DNA of 64,000 nucleotides from Gemmatimonadota bacterium (GCA_040389905.1 JAZJZK010000005.1:96001-160000); one strand, 5' to 3'. Shown: positions 45,312 to 55,799, counted from the stretch's first letter. The notes: generated from the letters alone by a model not told the origin. Translations and numbers: made by a program.

Positions 45312-45554
45312 ATGACCTGGAACAACGGACTCCGGCAATTCCACCGCTGGACATCGATCGTCTTCACGCTGACGGTCATCGCGAACTTCGTGGCCCTGTC
45401 GCAGGGGACGCCCCCGGCCTGGGTGACCTATTCACCCCTGTTCCCACTGGCCCTGCTCACGTTTACCGGACTGTATCTGTTCGCGCTGCCGTATGTCGCC
45501 AAATGGCGTAACAAGCGAGCTGCGTCTGTCTCCCAGCCGAGGGTCAGCACATGA
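45312..45554 (+). CDS. Small two-TM membrane protein
   Basis: RQFHRW.SI.FT...PL.LL.FTGLYLF.LPY; GAGGA RBS; lies within the operon. Confidence 0.75.
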   Translation: MTWNNGLRQFHRWTSIVFTLTVIANFVALSQGTPPAWVTYSPLFPLALLTFTGLYLFALPYVAKWRNKRAASVSQPRVST

Positions 45555-45979
45555 AAAAGGTCGCCGAAGAACAGTCGGCGTCGGATCTCATCTCACAGCG
45601 AATCGCCGACCTCGGGGACTGGCGCGGGAAAACCCTCGACCGGATGCGCACGCTCATCCGAAAAGCGGACCCGGATGTCGTCGAGGAGTGGAAGTGGGTC
45701 AAGGCGACGAAACCCGGCACACCGGTGTGGTCGCACGACGGCATCATCTGCACGGGCGAATCCTACAAGTCCGTTGTGAAGCTGACCTTCGCGAAAGGTG
45801 CGGCACTCGAGGATCCGGCCCAGCTCTTCAATTCGAGCCTCGAGGGAAACGTGCGCCGCGCGATCGACATTCACGAAGGCGAGAAAATCGACGAGACGGC
45901 CTTCAGGGCGCTGATTCAGCGAGCCGTTGCCCTCAACAGCGCTCGCAAGGCAAAACCCGCGAAAAAGCGCACGTCATAG
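45551..45979 (+). CDS. DUF1801 domain protein
   Basis: DWRG.TL...R.LI..ADP.V.EEWKW, P.W.H.G, VK.TF.KGA.L.DP..LFN. Confidence 0.88.
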   Translation: MKKVAEEQSASDLISQRIADLGDWRGKTLDRMRTLIRKADPDVVEEWKWVKATKPGTPVWSHDGIICTGESYKSVVKLTFAKGAALEDPAQLFNSSLEGNVRRAIDIHEGEKIDETAFRALIQRAVALNSARKAKPAKKRTS

Positions 45980-46031
45980 ACGTGGAGTCGTGCAGCCCCA
46001 CACTCCCATTTCTCCCATTAAATTGCTCGAC

Positions 46032-48779
46032 ATGAGCAATTTTCCCCCGACCACCACGGTTTTCAACGACGGCTACATCGCCGAAGCATACGAGGCGTAC
46101 CGGCGCGATCCGACGTCGGTGGACGAGTCTTGGCGCCAGTTTTTCCGCACGGCCGAGGCGCTGGGTGGTGGCGGACCGGCTCGTAGCGACGATCGCCTTC
46201 TCCGGAAGGCGGCGGGGGCAGCCGAGCTCGTCGATGCCATTCGCGAATACGGTCATCTCGCCGTACAGCTCGACCCGCTCGGCACGCCGCCGCCTGGGGC
46301 GCGCGAGCTGGATCCCCGCGCGCATGGAATCACCGAAGACGAACTCGCGGATGTTCCGGCCACGGCGCTCGGATATGACGATGGGTCTGCGGCGGATGTC
46401 GTCCAACGCCTGCGAGAAGTGTACTGCGGCGCCATCGCCTTCGAATACACCCACCTCGGTAGCGAGGACGAGCGCGCTTGGTTCCGTGATGCCGTCGAAG
46501 AAGGCACGCTGACCCGGCCACTCACCGCAGATGAGAAGGTGGCCGTGCTGCGCCGTCTCACTGAGGTGGACGGCCTCGAGCGCTTTCTCGGTCGCGCGTA
46601 CCTCGGCTTCAAGCGCTTTTCCATCGAGGGCACGGACGTCATGGTCCCCATGCTCGACGAGGTCATCGCACTGAGCGCCAGGAACGGCGCCCGTCAGGTC
46701 GTGCTCGGAATGGCCCATCGTGGACGTATCAATGTGCTCGTCCACACGATGGGCATGTCGTACGTCGAAATGTTCGGCGAATTCGAAGGTCGCCAGGGCG
46801 ACGCAAGCGCTTACAGCTCGACGGGCGACGTGAAATACCACCTCGGATTCAGCGGTACCCGCGTCGTCGGTGACAAGCACGTTGAACTGGAACTGGTGCC
46901 CAATCCGAGTCACCTCGAAGTCGTGAACCCGGTGATGTCGGGTATCACGCGCGCCAACCAGCGCGCCGACGGCACGGCCCAGCGCAACGAACGGAGCGTC
47001 CTGCCCATCTGCATTCACGGTGACGCGGCGTTTCCCGGTGAGGGCGTCGTTCCGGAGACGTTCAATCTCTCGCGCCTCAAGGGCTATCGCGTCGGCGGCA
47101 CGCTGCATCTCATCGTCAACAACCAGGTGGGCTTCACCACCGACCCGATCGACGCACGCTCCACGCGGTACGCATCGGATATCGCAAAGGGCTTCGAGGT
47201 CCCGGTGATGCACGTCAATGCGGACGACGCGGAGGCGTGTCTCGTGGCCGTCCGTCTCGCCGTGGCGTATCGCGACCAGTTCAAGAAGGATGTGCTCATC
47301 GATCTCGTAGGCTATCGGCGTCACGGGCACAACGAGACCGACGAACCCGCATACACGCAGCCGAAGCTCTACGAGCTCGTCAAGGCGCATCCCACGCCGC
47401 GGCAAGTGTGGGGCGCTCGCCTCGTGCGAGAGCGCGTCGTCACGGATGATGACGTCAAGACGCTCGACGCAGAGTTCCTGGACAAGCTCACCTCCATTCA
47501 CAAGGAGATGAAGAACTCGGCGCCTGCACCTGACGCCGAAGCCAAAGCGGCAAAGACGAGAAAGGAATACGGCACCGCCGCGGAACCGACGACGCGCGTG
47601 TCTGCAGAGAAGCTCGAAGCGCTGAATACTCGACTCCTCAGCTGGCCTGCCGACTTCAAGATGAACAAGAAGCTCGGTGCCATCATCGAGCGGCGGAGAG
47701 AAGCGCTGCACACGGGAATCGACTGGGGCCACGCCGAGGCGCTCGCGTTCGGATCGCTGCTGGTCGATGGCATCGGTGTTCGTCTCAGTGGACAGGATGC
47801 TGAGCGCGGGACGTTCGCGCATCGCAACGCGGTGCTGCACGACGTCGAGAGTGGCGCGACGTTCACGCCACTCGCGAACGTTCCGAATGCCACGGCACCC
47901 TTCGAGGTCTACAACAGCTGTCTCTCGGAGACGGCGGTGATGGGCTTCGAGTACGGCTTCAGCGTCGCATCGTCGAAAGACCTCGTGATGTGGGAAGCAC
48001 AGTACGGTGACTTCGTGAACGTCGCTCAGCCCATCATCGACCAGTTCATCTCGTCGGAGCGTGCAAAGTGGGGGCAGACGAGTGGACTCGTCCTGCTGCT
48101 CCCGCACGGTTACGAGGGCGGCGGTCCTGAACACTCCAGCGCACGTCTCGAACGCTTCCTCCAGCTATGCGCCGAGAACAACATGTGCGTCGCGTACCCG
48201 AGCACGCCCGCGCAGTACTTCCACATTCTTCGTCGTCAGGCACTGCGCACCGAGCGGCTGCCGCTCATTCTCATGCAGCCGAAGAGTCTCCTGCGCATGC
48301 CGGCGGCCGCGGTCAAGCTCGAGGCACTGTCGGAAGGATCGTTTCAGGCAGTGATCGACGACGCATCGATCGGCGCACGCGCCGACGAAGTGCGGCGTCT
48401 CGTGCTCTGTACGGCGAAGATGTACTACGACCTGCTCGCCGCCAAAGGCGACAACGCCGAGATCGCGCTCGTACGCGTCGACGAGCTGTATCCGTGGCCC
48501 GGTGAAGCCATTGCAGCGGTGGTCGACCGCTATCCGAACCTCGACGACGTCGTGTGGGCGCAGGAAGAGCCGAAGAACATGGGCGCGTGGAGCTACGCGG
48601 CGCCCCAACTGCGCGTGGCCACCGGTAATATGCTGACCATCCGCTACATCGGCCGACCGGAACGCGCGAGCCCTGCCGAGGGTTACTCCAAGGCACACGA
48701 AATCGAACAGAAGCGCATCGTCACGGATGTCCTGACGCTTGCCGCTTCCCCCGCCAAGAGAAAAACGAGCAAAGTGTAA
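46032..48779 (+). CDS. sucA: 2-oxoglutarate dehydrogenase E1 component
   Basis: KRFSIEG, GMAHRGR.N, GDVKYHLG, NPSHLE, HGDAAF.GEG, NNQVGFTT, WEAQYGDF.N, GPEHSSARLERFLQ. Confidence 0.97.
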   Translation: MSNFPPTTTVFNDGYIAEAYEAYRRDPTSVDESWRQFFRTAEALGGGGPARSDDRLLRKAAGAAELVDAIREYGHLAVQLDPLGTPPPGARELDPRAHGITEDELADVPATALGYDDGSAADVVQRLREVYCGAIAFEYTHLGSEDERAWFRDAVEEGTLTRPLTADEKVAVLRRLTEVDGLERFLGRAYLGFKRFSIEGTDVMVPMLDEVIALSARNGARQVVLGMAHRGRINVLVHTMGMSYVEMFGEFEGRQGDASAYSSTGDVKYHLGFSGTRVVGDKHVELELVPNPSHLEVVNPVMSGITRANQRADGTAQRNERSVLPICIHGDAAFPGEGVVPETFNLSRLKGYRVGGTLHLIVNNQVGFTTDPIDARSTRYASDIAKGFEVPVMHVNADDAEACLVAVRLAVAYRDQFKKDVLIDLVGYRRHGHNETDEPAYTQPKLYELVKAHPTPRQVWGARLVRERVVTDDDVKTLDAEFLDKLTSIHKEMKNSAPAPDAEAKAAKTRKEYGTAAEPTTRVSAEKLEALNTRLLSWPADFKMNKKLGAIIERRREALHTGIDWGHAEALAFGSLLVDGIGVRLSGQDAERGTFAHRNAVLHDVESGATFTPLANVPNATAPFEVYNSCLSETAVMGFEYGFSVASSKDLVMWEAQYGDFVNVAQPIIDQFISSERAKWGQTSGLVLLLPHGYEGGGPEHSSARLERFLQLCAENNMCVAYPSTPAQYFHILRRQALRTERLPLILMQPKSLLRMPAAAVKLEALSEGSFQAVIDDASIGARADEVRRLVLCTAKMYYDLLAAKGDNAEIALVRVDELYPWPGEAIAAVVDRYPNLDDVVWAQEEPKNMGAWSYAAPQLRVATGNMLTIRYIGRPERASPAEGYSKAHEIEQKRIVTDVLTLAASPAKRKTSKV

Positions 48780-51445
48780 TGAGAAAGTTCCTGTGCTTCC
48801 TCGGTGAAGCCGCCGTCCGTTTCCTGATGCTGTCGCTCCTGGTCCTCATCGCGCCGCGCCTCCTACCTGCTCAGGAGCGCGGCGCGACCGCGTTAGGTGA
48901 GGCCGTTGCTGGACTCGATGTGACCCCCCGCGTCCTGATGATCGGCGCACATCCCGATGATGAGGACACGCAACTCATCACATGGCTCGCGCGAGGGCGA
49001 CAAGTCGAAACAGGTTACCTCTCGCTGACGCGTGGCGACGGCGGGCAGAATCTCATCGGCAACGAACTGGGCGTCCTGCTGGGGATGATTCGCACCGAGG
49101 AATTGCTCGCGGCGCGTCGTCTCGACGGCGGGCGCCAGTTCTTCACCCGGGCGTATGACTTCGGCTTTTCCAAGACGGCCGATGAGACGTACAAGCATTG
49201 GCAGAAGGATTCAATCCTGCGCGACGTCGTGACCGTGATTCGCGCCTTTCGGCCGCAGGTGCTCGTGGCCGTCTTTTCCGGCACGCCGCGTGACGGACAT
49301 GGACACCATCAGGTGTCGGCGATTCTTGCGCGCGAAGCCTTTGATGCCGCTGCGGACACGGTGCGTTTTCCGCCGCGCATGACGCTCGGCATTGGCCCGT
49401 GGTCGCCGTCGAAATTCTATCGTGCTTCTCGCTTCGCGCCGAACGAAGCCACCGTCACATTCAACGTCGGCGAGCTCAGTCCGTATCGTGGACAGACCTA
49501 CGCCGAGATTGCGTCGCAGAGCCGGTCGCAACACTTGTCACAGGGTTTTGGGAGTCTGCAACGGAGAGGTACATCGCTCGACTACCTGAAGCTCGAAGTA
49601 TCGCGCGTCAGTGACGCCGGCAAGAAAGAGGCGTCGCCGCTGGAGAACATTGCGAGCGACTGGACACGGTTTCGTGGTTTCAGCTTTCCGGTGACGGCGA
49701 AGGCACAGGAAGGCCGAGCTGCGTTGGATTCGATTCCCGAGGCCATTGCGGCGGTTCGTGCTGTCGAGAACCTTGCGGCGCCCGCACCGATGGTCGTGCC
49801 GCTCGCGCGCCTGAACAAATTGCTGTCGACTGCGAGAGCAACGTTACCCTGTTCGCGCGGCGGGGTTGCCGCAGGGTGCCGCGGCGTCATGGGCGACCTG
49901 GCGCTGACGCTCGAGACAACAGAGGCGCGCGCAAAGACGGCCTTGCTTGCCGCAGCGGGTGTCCTCGTGGAAGCCACGGCGCCACGCGAGCTCGTTGCGG
50001 TGCGCGACACATTGCCCATCACCATCTCCGTCTACAATCAGGGGACGTCGGATGTTGTGTTCGAAGGCGCGAGCGCATGGACGACGGACGCATTCGGTCC
50101 ACGCGCCGCGGGCACGGCGACGCTGCTCCCGCCAGACAGCACGGGACGAATCACCGTGCCGTTGATCGGCACTGCCGCTGACTGGCCGTGGTGGTTGCAG
50201 AACAAGAAAGTCGGTGACGTGTTCAAGTTGCCCCCGAGCGGATCGCCCGAAGCGGAGAATGTCGCGATCGGCGAAGACCGTGTGGCGTTTACACATTCAC
50301 GGGCGTGGCTTCGTATCGCTGGTGTGCCTATCGAAGTCGATGGTGGCCCCGTCGTGTACCGCTTCGCCGATCCGGCGAAAGGTGAACTGCGCCGGCCGGT
50401 GTCGACGGTGCCTGGTATCAGCGCACTGTTCGATTCCGAAGTCGAGTACGCGCGCGCCGGCGTTCCCTTCGAGCGCGACTGGAACGTGCGCATTCACTCG
50501 GCGAGTGCGGCGCCGCGTGGCGTGACGGTCACACTCACGGTGCCTGCTGGTCTCAAGGCGGATTCATTGGTGCGCCGTGTGGCGATGGAGCCGTTTTCCG
50601 ATGCGATTCTGACCTTTCACCTGAAGGGCACGCTCGCCGAGGGCCAACACCTCGTCAGCGCGACGATCACGAGCGGCGATGAAAAATTCGCGTCGGGCTA
50701 CGTGCCGTTGCACTACGATCACATTCGTCCCCTGCGCTTCTATCGCGCCGCGAGCATCATTGTCGAGTCGGTGAAGGCGACCTTGCCGCCGAAGACCACG
50801 ATCGCCTACATCCGCGGCGTTGGCGACAACGTCGCGACGATGCTCGGCCAGCTCGGCCTGAAGGTCACGCTCGTGACTCCAGAAGAACTTCCGAATATCG
50901 ATCTATCGAAATTCGGATCGCTGGTCGTCGGCCCACGTGCCTTCGCGGCGAGTGATGTGCTCGCAGCGCAGGCGGGAAAGATCCAGGATTTCGCGCGCGC
51001 CGGCGGAACGGTCGTTGTGCAGTACGGTCAGCAGGAAATCCAGGCTCCGGGAATTCTTCCATACCCTGTCACGCTCGCCGGCCGAGCCGAGCGCGTGACG
51101 GACGAAACGGCGCCGGTGAAAGTCCTCTCGACGGGATCGACCCTGTTGACAAAACCGAACAAGATCGCGCCGAGCGATTTCAACGATTGGGTGCAGGAGC
51201 GCTCGACGTACATGCCCACGAAGGTCGATCCGCACTACCAGCGCTTCTTCGAGATGCATGATCCGGATGAGCCGGCGAACGAGAATTCGTTGCTGGTGGC
51301 GCCGGTGGGGAAGGGCGCGTTCGTGTACGTGACCTTGGCGTTGTTCCGGCAACTACCATCGGGGGTGCCGGGACCGGCACGGATATTCTTGAATCTTCTG
51401 GCCGCTGATGGCAAGACATCGCTTTCCACGTTGCCGAAGCCGTAG
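48779..51445 (+). CDS. Secreted PIG-L/LmbE family deacetylase with Ig-like and class-I GATase-like C-terminal domains
   Basis: AHPDDED, TRGDGGQN.IG.E, DFGFSK, HGHH; signal peptide; W.QER..Y and FRQLP.G.PG..R.F.NL. TAATG overlap with sucA (alternative start 48827). Confidence 0.88.
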   Translation: MRKFLCFLGEAAVRFLMLSLLVLIAPRLLPAQERGATALGEAVAGLDVTPRVLMIGAHPDDEDTQLITWLARGRQVETGYLSLTRGDGGQNLIGNELGVLLGMIRTEELLAARRLDGGRQFFTRAYDFGFSKTADETYKHWQKDSILRDVVTVIRAFRPQVLVAVFSGTPRDGHGHHQVSAILAREAFDAAADTVRFPPRMTLGIGPWSPSKFYRASRFAPNEATVTFNVGELSPYRGQTYAEIASQSRSQHLSQGFGSLQRRGTSLDYLKLEVSRVSDAGKKEASPLENIASDWTRFRGFSFPVTAKAQEGRAALDSIPEAIAAVRAVENLAAPAPMVVPLARLNKLLSTARATLPCSRGGVAAGCRGVMGDLALTLETTEARAKTALLAAAGVLVEATAPRELVAVRDTLPITISVYNQGTSDVVFEGASAWTTDAFGPRAAGTATLLPPDSTGRITVPLIGTAADWPWWLQNKKVGDVFKLPPSGSPEAENVAIGEDRVAFTHSRAWLRIAGVPIEVDGGPVVYRFADPAKGELRRPVSTVPGISALFDSEVEYARAGVPFERDWNVRIHSASAAPRGVTVTLTVPAGLKADSLVRRVAMEPFSDAILTFHLKGTLAEGQHLVSATITSGDEKFASGYVPLHYDHIRPLRFYRAASIIVESVKATLPPKTTIAYIRGVGDNVATMLGQLGLKVTLVTPEELPNIDLSKFGSLVVGPRAFAASDVLAAQAGKIQDFARAGGTVVVQYGQQEIQAPGILPYPVTLAGRAERVTDETAPVKVLSTGSTLLTKPNKIAPSDFNDWVQERSTYMPTKVDPHYQRFFEMHDPDEPANENSLLVAPVGKGAFVYVTLALFRQLPSGVPGPARIFLNLLAADGKTSLSTLPKP

Positions 51446-51467
51446 CAGTGCGGGCGCTTCGCTTCTA

Positions 51468-51562
51468 ACCGCAGAGGGCGCAGAGGAGCAGAGGTCCGCA
51501 GAGGAAACCGCGCGCAGTTCTGCTCGTTTTGTCGCCCTGAGCGAAGCGAAGGGCCTGCACCT
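51468..51562. repeat. CGCAGAG unit followed by a single TGTC-type REP
   Basis: accgcagagggcgcagaggagcagaggtccgcagaggaaa (51468-51507) then tgtcgccctgagcgaagcgaagggcctgcacct (51530-51562); same order as at 17625. Confidence 0.85.
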
Positions 51563-51580
51563 GCGGATTCGTATGTGTCT

Positions 51581-52831
51581 ATGAAAGCAAAACCGAGAAT
51601 CATCATCATCGGCGGCGGTTTTGGGGGGCTCTACGCCGCCCGCGCGTTCAAGCGCGATGACGTCGAGTTGCTCGTGCTCGACCGCACGAATCATCACCTC
51701 TTCCAGCCCTTGCTGTATCAGGTCGCCACTGCGACACTCGCCCCGACGGACATCACCGCACCCATACGGTGGCTGCTTCGGAACCAGCGGAACACCACGG
51801 TCCTCATGACCGAAGTTGACCGTGTCGATCCGGATCGTCGCGTGGTCATCGCCGAAGGCGGCGCGCGTGAGTTCTCTTATGATTTCCTGATCGTCGCCGC
51901 CGGAGCGCGGCACTCCTACTTCAACCACCCCGAGTGGGAGAAGCTCGCTCCAGGGCTCAAGAGCATCGATGACGCGATTCGCCTGCGCCATCGCATCCTC
52001 TCGGCCTTCGAACACGCCGAATTGAGCGACGACGAAGAGGAGCGCCGCGCATGGCTGAACTTCGTCATCATCGGGGGTGGACCGACCGGCGTGGAACTGG
52101 CCGGCATGCTGCCAATCATTGCGAAGCATGCACTTCCCCGCGATTTCCGTCGCGCGAGTGAGATGACCGTTCGTGTCACATTGCTCGAAGGGGGACCGAA
52201 GGTCCTGCCGAGCTATCCTGACGCGCTGGCCGAACACGCTCGGCGCGATCTCGCGGATCTCGGCGTGGAGGTTCGCACAGGCGCGCTGGTGACACACATC
52301 GAGCGCGGCGTCGTCTCGGTGGGCGATGAGCGGCTGCGCGCACACACGGTCATCTGGGCAGCTGGGAATGCCGCGTCGCCGCTTGGACGGTCGCTCGGCG
52401 CCGAGCTGGATCGCGCAGGGCGGGTGCTCGTGGCGCCTGACCTCAGCATTCCAGCGCACCCTGAGATCTTCGCGATCGGCGACATGGTGTCGATCATCTC
52501 ACACGGGAAGCCGGTGCCGGGCGTGGCGCCGGCGGCCATGCAAATGGGTCCGCATGCGGCGCGAAACATTCGTCACACACTTGCGGCGCGGCCGCGTGAG
52601 CCGTTCGTCTACCGGAACAAGGGCGATCTGGCGACGATCGGCAGGCATCGAGCGATCGCGGATTTCGGCAAGCTGCAGGTGACCGGCAGTCTCGCGTGGT
52701 GGTTCTGGTTGTTCCTCCACATCATGTACCTGGCGGGCTTTCGGAACCGCATCAGCGTGCTCGTGGAGTGGGGGTACAGTTACCTGACATTCGAACGTGG
52801 GGCCCGACTGATCACGAGAACCGGGCGCTAA
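51581..52831 (+). CDS. ndh: Type II NADH:quinone oxidoreductase (NDH-2)
   Basis: GGGFGG, FQPLLYQVAT, GGGPTGVELAG, WAAG, AIGD, A.Q.G, KG.LATIGR. Confidence 0.92.
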   Translation: MKAKPRIIIIGGGFGGLYAARAFKRDDVELLVLDRTNHHLFQPLLYQVATATLAPTDITAPIRWLLRNQRNTTVLMTEVDRVDPDRRVVIAEGGAREFSYDFLIVAAGARHSYFNHPEWEKLAPGLKSIDDAIRLRHRILSAFEHAELSDDEEERRAWLNFVIIGGGPTGVELAGMLPIIAKHALPRDFRRASEMTVRVTLLEGGPKVLPSYPDALAEHARRDLADLGVEVRTGALVTHIERGVVSVGDERLRAHTVIWAAGNAASPLGRSLGAELDRAGRVLVAPDLSIPAHPEIFAIGDMVSIISHGKPVPGVAPAAMQMGPHAARNIRHTLAARPREPFVYRNKGDLATIGRHRAIADFGKLQVTGSLAWWFWLFLHIMYLAGFRNRISVLVEWGYSYLTFERGARLITRTGR

Positions 52832-53024
52832 CGTACGAGGTATCCGGAACTGGGTACCCTGACTGGCATACTGACCAAGAGGAGCCGTCAGAAAGTGCCT
52901 CGCGGATGACGCCCTTCGCAACGGCGGACGGTGTGTGGCGTCGGGTCGATGACATCCAAAGTGTCGATGGCTCCTCTTGGTGTGGATGCCAGACCGGGTA
53001 CACGATTCCAGATACCTCGTACGT
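52831..53024. repeat. 194-bp fold-back element with 59-bp imperfect terminal inverted arms (MITE-like)
   Basis: 52831-52889 matches the reverse complement of 52966-53024 at 49/59 positions (hand count); the outer 14 bp are perfect. Confidence 0.85.
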
Positions 53025-53091
53025 CGGTGGCCGCGTTCGGGAGAGACAGTCGCATTGACCCCCGCCTCGCGCGACGCGAACTTGCCTACCG

Positions 53092-55047
53092 ATGCTAGTA
53101 ACTGCACTCGACAGCGCGCGCGGCGATTCAGGCGCCGAACTGGCCCGCCTCGACGCCCTTCTCGAGGCGGTGCCGCTTGCCGTCGCCCTGTTCGATGGGA
53201 CGCTGGCGCTGGTGGCTACCAATGCGCGCTACCGCGACCTCACGGGCCTCGACATTGCGCAGGCATCAGGGCGCTCCATCTACGACGCCTTTCCGAACGC
53301 CCTCGCCGACCTCACGGAGCAGGTTGACATCGCCGCCGGGGGGGTGCCTGTCGTCTCGGTTCGCGTTCCCTTTCAGCACAGGACAGGGCGACGACTTGTC
53401 GAAGCGACCTTTGTCCCGCTCAGCGACGCCAGTGGTGGACGTGGTGTGTTGTTCGCCGGCAGCGACATCACCGAGCGCGAAGAACTGCGAGAAGATCTCG
53501 CACGCAGCGTGGCACAGCTCGAATCGATCTTCGACGTGCTTCCCGACTCGGTGCGCGTCGTGGATTCCGATGGTAGCACCGTGCGCACCAACGCTCAGGC
53601 GCAGCTGGAACACGCCCCTGCGAAGCCGGAAACCCTCCGCGAACTCTGGCAGCTGGACCGTCCTCGCACCCTCCAGGGCACCACCCTGTTCGTCCATGAG
53701 CACCCCACCGCGCGCGCGCTGCGTGGAGAGCGCGTACGTGGGGAGACGCTCGAAGTGCGGCGCGGACCTGGCGGGGTTCCGGCTGTTATCGAGGTCAACT
53801 CGAACCCGCTCTACGATCCCCATCGGAGAATCCGCGGCGCAGTCACCGTCGAACGCGACGTCACGGAGCGGACTCGGCTGCAGCAGCGCGTGCAGACGGA
53901 AGCGGAACGTCTCGAGCGCATGGTCCAGGAGCGTACGCGCGAACTCCTCGCCCTTCAGGAAGCCGCGGCGCGTGACCGGCGTCTGGCGGCCGTCGGCCAA
54001 CTGGCCGCCGGCGTCATGCACGACGTCAACAATGCCCTCAATCCCATCATGGCGGCCGCGTATCTCCTCGAGATGAATGCGGAGAACCCCGCGGCGGTGC
54101 GTGATTATGCGGTGCGCATTTCACGCGCGGCAGAAACGGGTGCGGCCACCGCTGCGCGCGTCGGTCGATTCATCAGGCAGGAACCGCTGCTCGGGTCACG
54201 CGAGGAGTCCGTCGATCTTTCCGTGATGGTCGACGAGGTGGTGGCGATGACGCGGCCCCTCTGGCAGGAGCGCGCGAAAGGCGGAATCGTCAAGCTCGAG
54301 GAAACACTGGCGCCCAAAGCAATGATCCGCGGAATCGCCGGCGAGTTGCGTGAGGCCCTGCTCAACCTGGTCCAGAACGCACTCGACGCGATGGCTGGGG
54401 GCGGCACGCTGCGGATCCGTACGACGGCAGACCAGAACGAGGTCACCGTGGCCGTCACGGACACTGGCGTGGGAATGTCGGCGGAGGTGCGCGAGCGGGC
54501 GTTCGAACCGTTCTTCACGACGAAAGGCGTCAACGGTACCGGACTCGGCCTCGCCGAGGTGTACGGTATCGCGCGCCGCCATCGAGGCCGCGCCGAAATC
54601 GAGTCGGCACCGGGGGAGGGCACAACCGTACGGTTGCTCTTTCCGCCCGGCTCCGTGGAAGTTGCGCGCACCTCCGACGCCACGAAGCGCGTGCGCCTGC
54701 CCAAGACTATTCTCCTCGTCGAGGATCACGTCGACAGCCGAGAGTTCATGCAAGCATTATTGGAGAGTGATGGACATCGGGTCGAGGCGGTGCGCAATGT
54801 CGAAGAGGCGCGAGAACGCCTCCAGGATGATAGCTTTGCACTTGACGTGTTGGTCACGGACATCGGGCTGCCGGATGGCAGCGGTTGGGATCTCGTCGCG
54901 TTCGCGCGTGAGCGTAGACCAAAGCTGCGGATCGGAGTGGTGACCGGCTGGGAACCGCGCAACGAGCAGGACCCGGCGTGCGATTTCACCCTGCGGAAGC
55001 CGGTTGGCGCGGCCGATTTACTGTCAGAGATTGCGGGACCCGAGTGA
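53092..55047 (+). CDS. Hybrid histidine kinase (2 PAS-HisKA-HATPase-REC)
   Basis: GQLAAGVMHDVNN, NLVQNALDAM, FEPFFTTKG, receiver LLVED...TDIGLPD...KP. Confidence 0.92.
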   Translation: MLVTALDSARGDSGAELARLDALLEAVPLAVALFDGTLALVATNARYRDLTGLDIAQASGRSIYDAFPNALADLTEQVDIAAGGVPVVSVRVPFQHRTGRRLVEATFVPLSDASGGRGVLFAGSDITEREELREDLARSVAQLESIFDVLPDSVRVVDSDGSTVRTNAQAQLEHAPAKPETLRELWQLDRPRTLQGTTLFVHEHPTARALRGERVRGETLEVRRGPGGVPAVIEVNSNPLYDPHRRIRGAVTVERDVTERTRLQQRVQTEAERLERMVQERTRELLALQEAAARDRRLAAVGQLAAGVMHDVNNALNPIMAAAYLLEMNAENPAAVRDYAVRISRAAETGAATAARVGRFIRQEPLLGSREESVDLSVMVDEVVAMTRPLWQERAKGGIVKLEETLAPKAMIRGIAGELREALLNLVQNALDAMAGGGTLRIRTTADQNEVTVAVTDTGVGMSAEVRERAFEPFFTTKGVNGTGLGLAEVYGIARRHRGRAEIESAPGEGTTVRLLFPPGSVEVARTSDATKRVRLPKTILLVEDHVDSREFMQALLESDGHRVEAVRNVEEARERLQDDSFALDVLVTDIGLPDGSGWDLVAFARERRPKLRIGVVTGWEPRNEQDPACDFTLRKPVGAADLLSEIAGPE

Positions 55048-55095
55048 CATCATCCAAATTCCAGCAGGACCGCTCACACACCCTAGTGAATCGCA

Positions 55096-55707
55096 ATGCC
55101 TGAATCGGGTTCCATCCGTATTTTGATCGCTGAAGACGACGACAACGCGCGCGCGTTGCTCGTCGAGCTGCTCAATACCATGGGTCATGTGGTCGTGGCC
55201 GAGGTGAATGGCGGACGCGAGGCGATCGAGCGCGCCAAAGATGTCGTGCCGGACGTCGTGCTGCTGGATGTCCACATGCCAGATGGTTCCGGCATCGAGG
55301 CGGCCGAACAGATCGCTGCACAAGTCCCTGGCGTTGCCGTCGTGCTATTCAGCGGCGATGAATCGCTCGTTTTGTCCGAACGCGAAGTTGCGGCCACGTC
55401 GGCCATCGCCTTCCTTCCGAAGCCCACGCCGCCCCGCGTGCTGGACTCGACGCTACGGCTCGCGGTGTCTCGGGCGCGCGAGTTCGCGGTGGCCAAGAAA
55501 GACGCCATGGCGGCGCGCGGCGCGCTGGAAAACCGGAAGACGATCGAGCGCGCGAAGGGCATCCTCATGCGGCGCACCGGCTCGTCCGAGCAGGAAGCAT
55601 ATCGCATCCTTCAGCGGACGTCGCAGGATCGCTCCGTTCCTATGGTTGAGATCGCCAAAGCGGTGCTAGCGAGTGAGCCGGGATTCCAGGAGAATCAGAA
55701 GGAGTAG
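55096..55707 (+). CDS. ANTAR-domain response regulator (REC-ANTAR, AmiR/NasT-like)
   Basis: Receiver followed by RK.IERAKGILM......E.EAY..LQR.S.D....M.EIA..V. Confidence 0.93.
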   Translation: MPESGSIRILIAEDDDNARALLVELLNTMGHVVVAEVNGGREAIERAKDVVPDVVLLDVHMPDGSGIEAAEQIAAQVPGVAVVLFSGDESLVLSEREVAATSAIAFLPKPTPPRVLDSTLRLAVSRAREFAVAKKDAMAARGALENRKTIERAKGILMRRTGSSEQEAYRILQRTSQDRSVPMVEIAKAVLASEPGFQENQKE

Positions 55708-55799
55708 TCGCGCGAAGTTGGTCGAACCCGAAGTCATGCTCATATAAACAGATGACGCTGCCGATGCTATCGTTCGGTAGCGTCATTCTGTTTTACCAG

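Noticed and set aside
45933..48134. 733-aa antisense ORF opposite sucA (also other long shadow ORFs such as 13539..15068, 18172..19890, 60127..61482, 41388..42572)
   Set aside because: They overlap well-supported genes, have no recognisable motifs, and are expected in high-GC DNA with biased codon usage.
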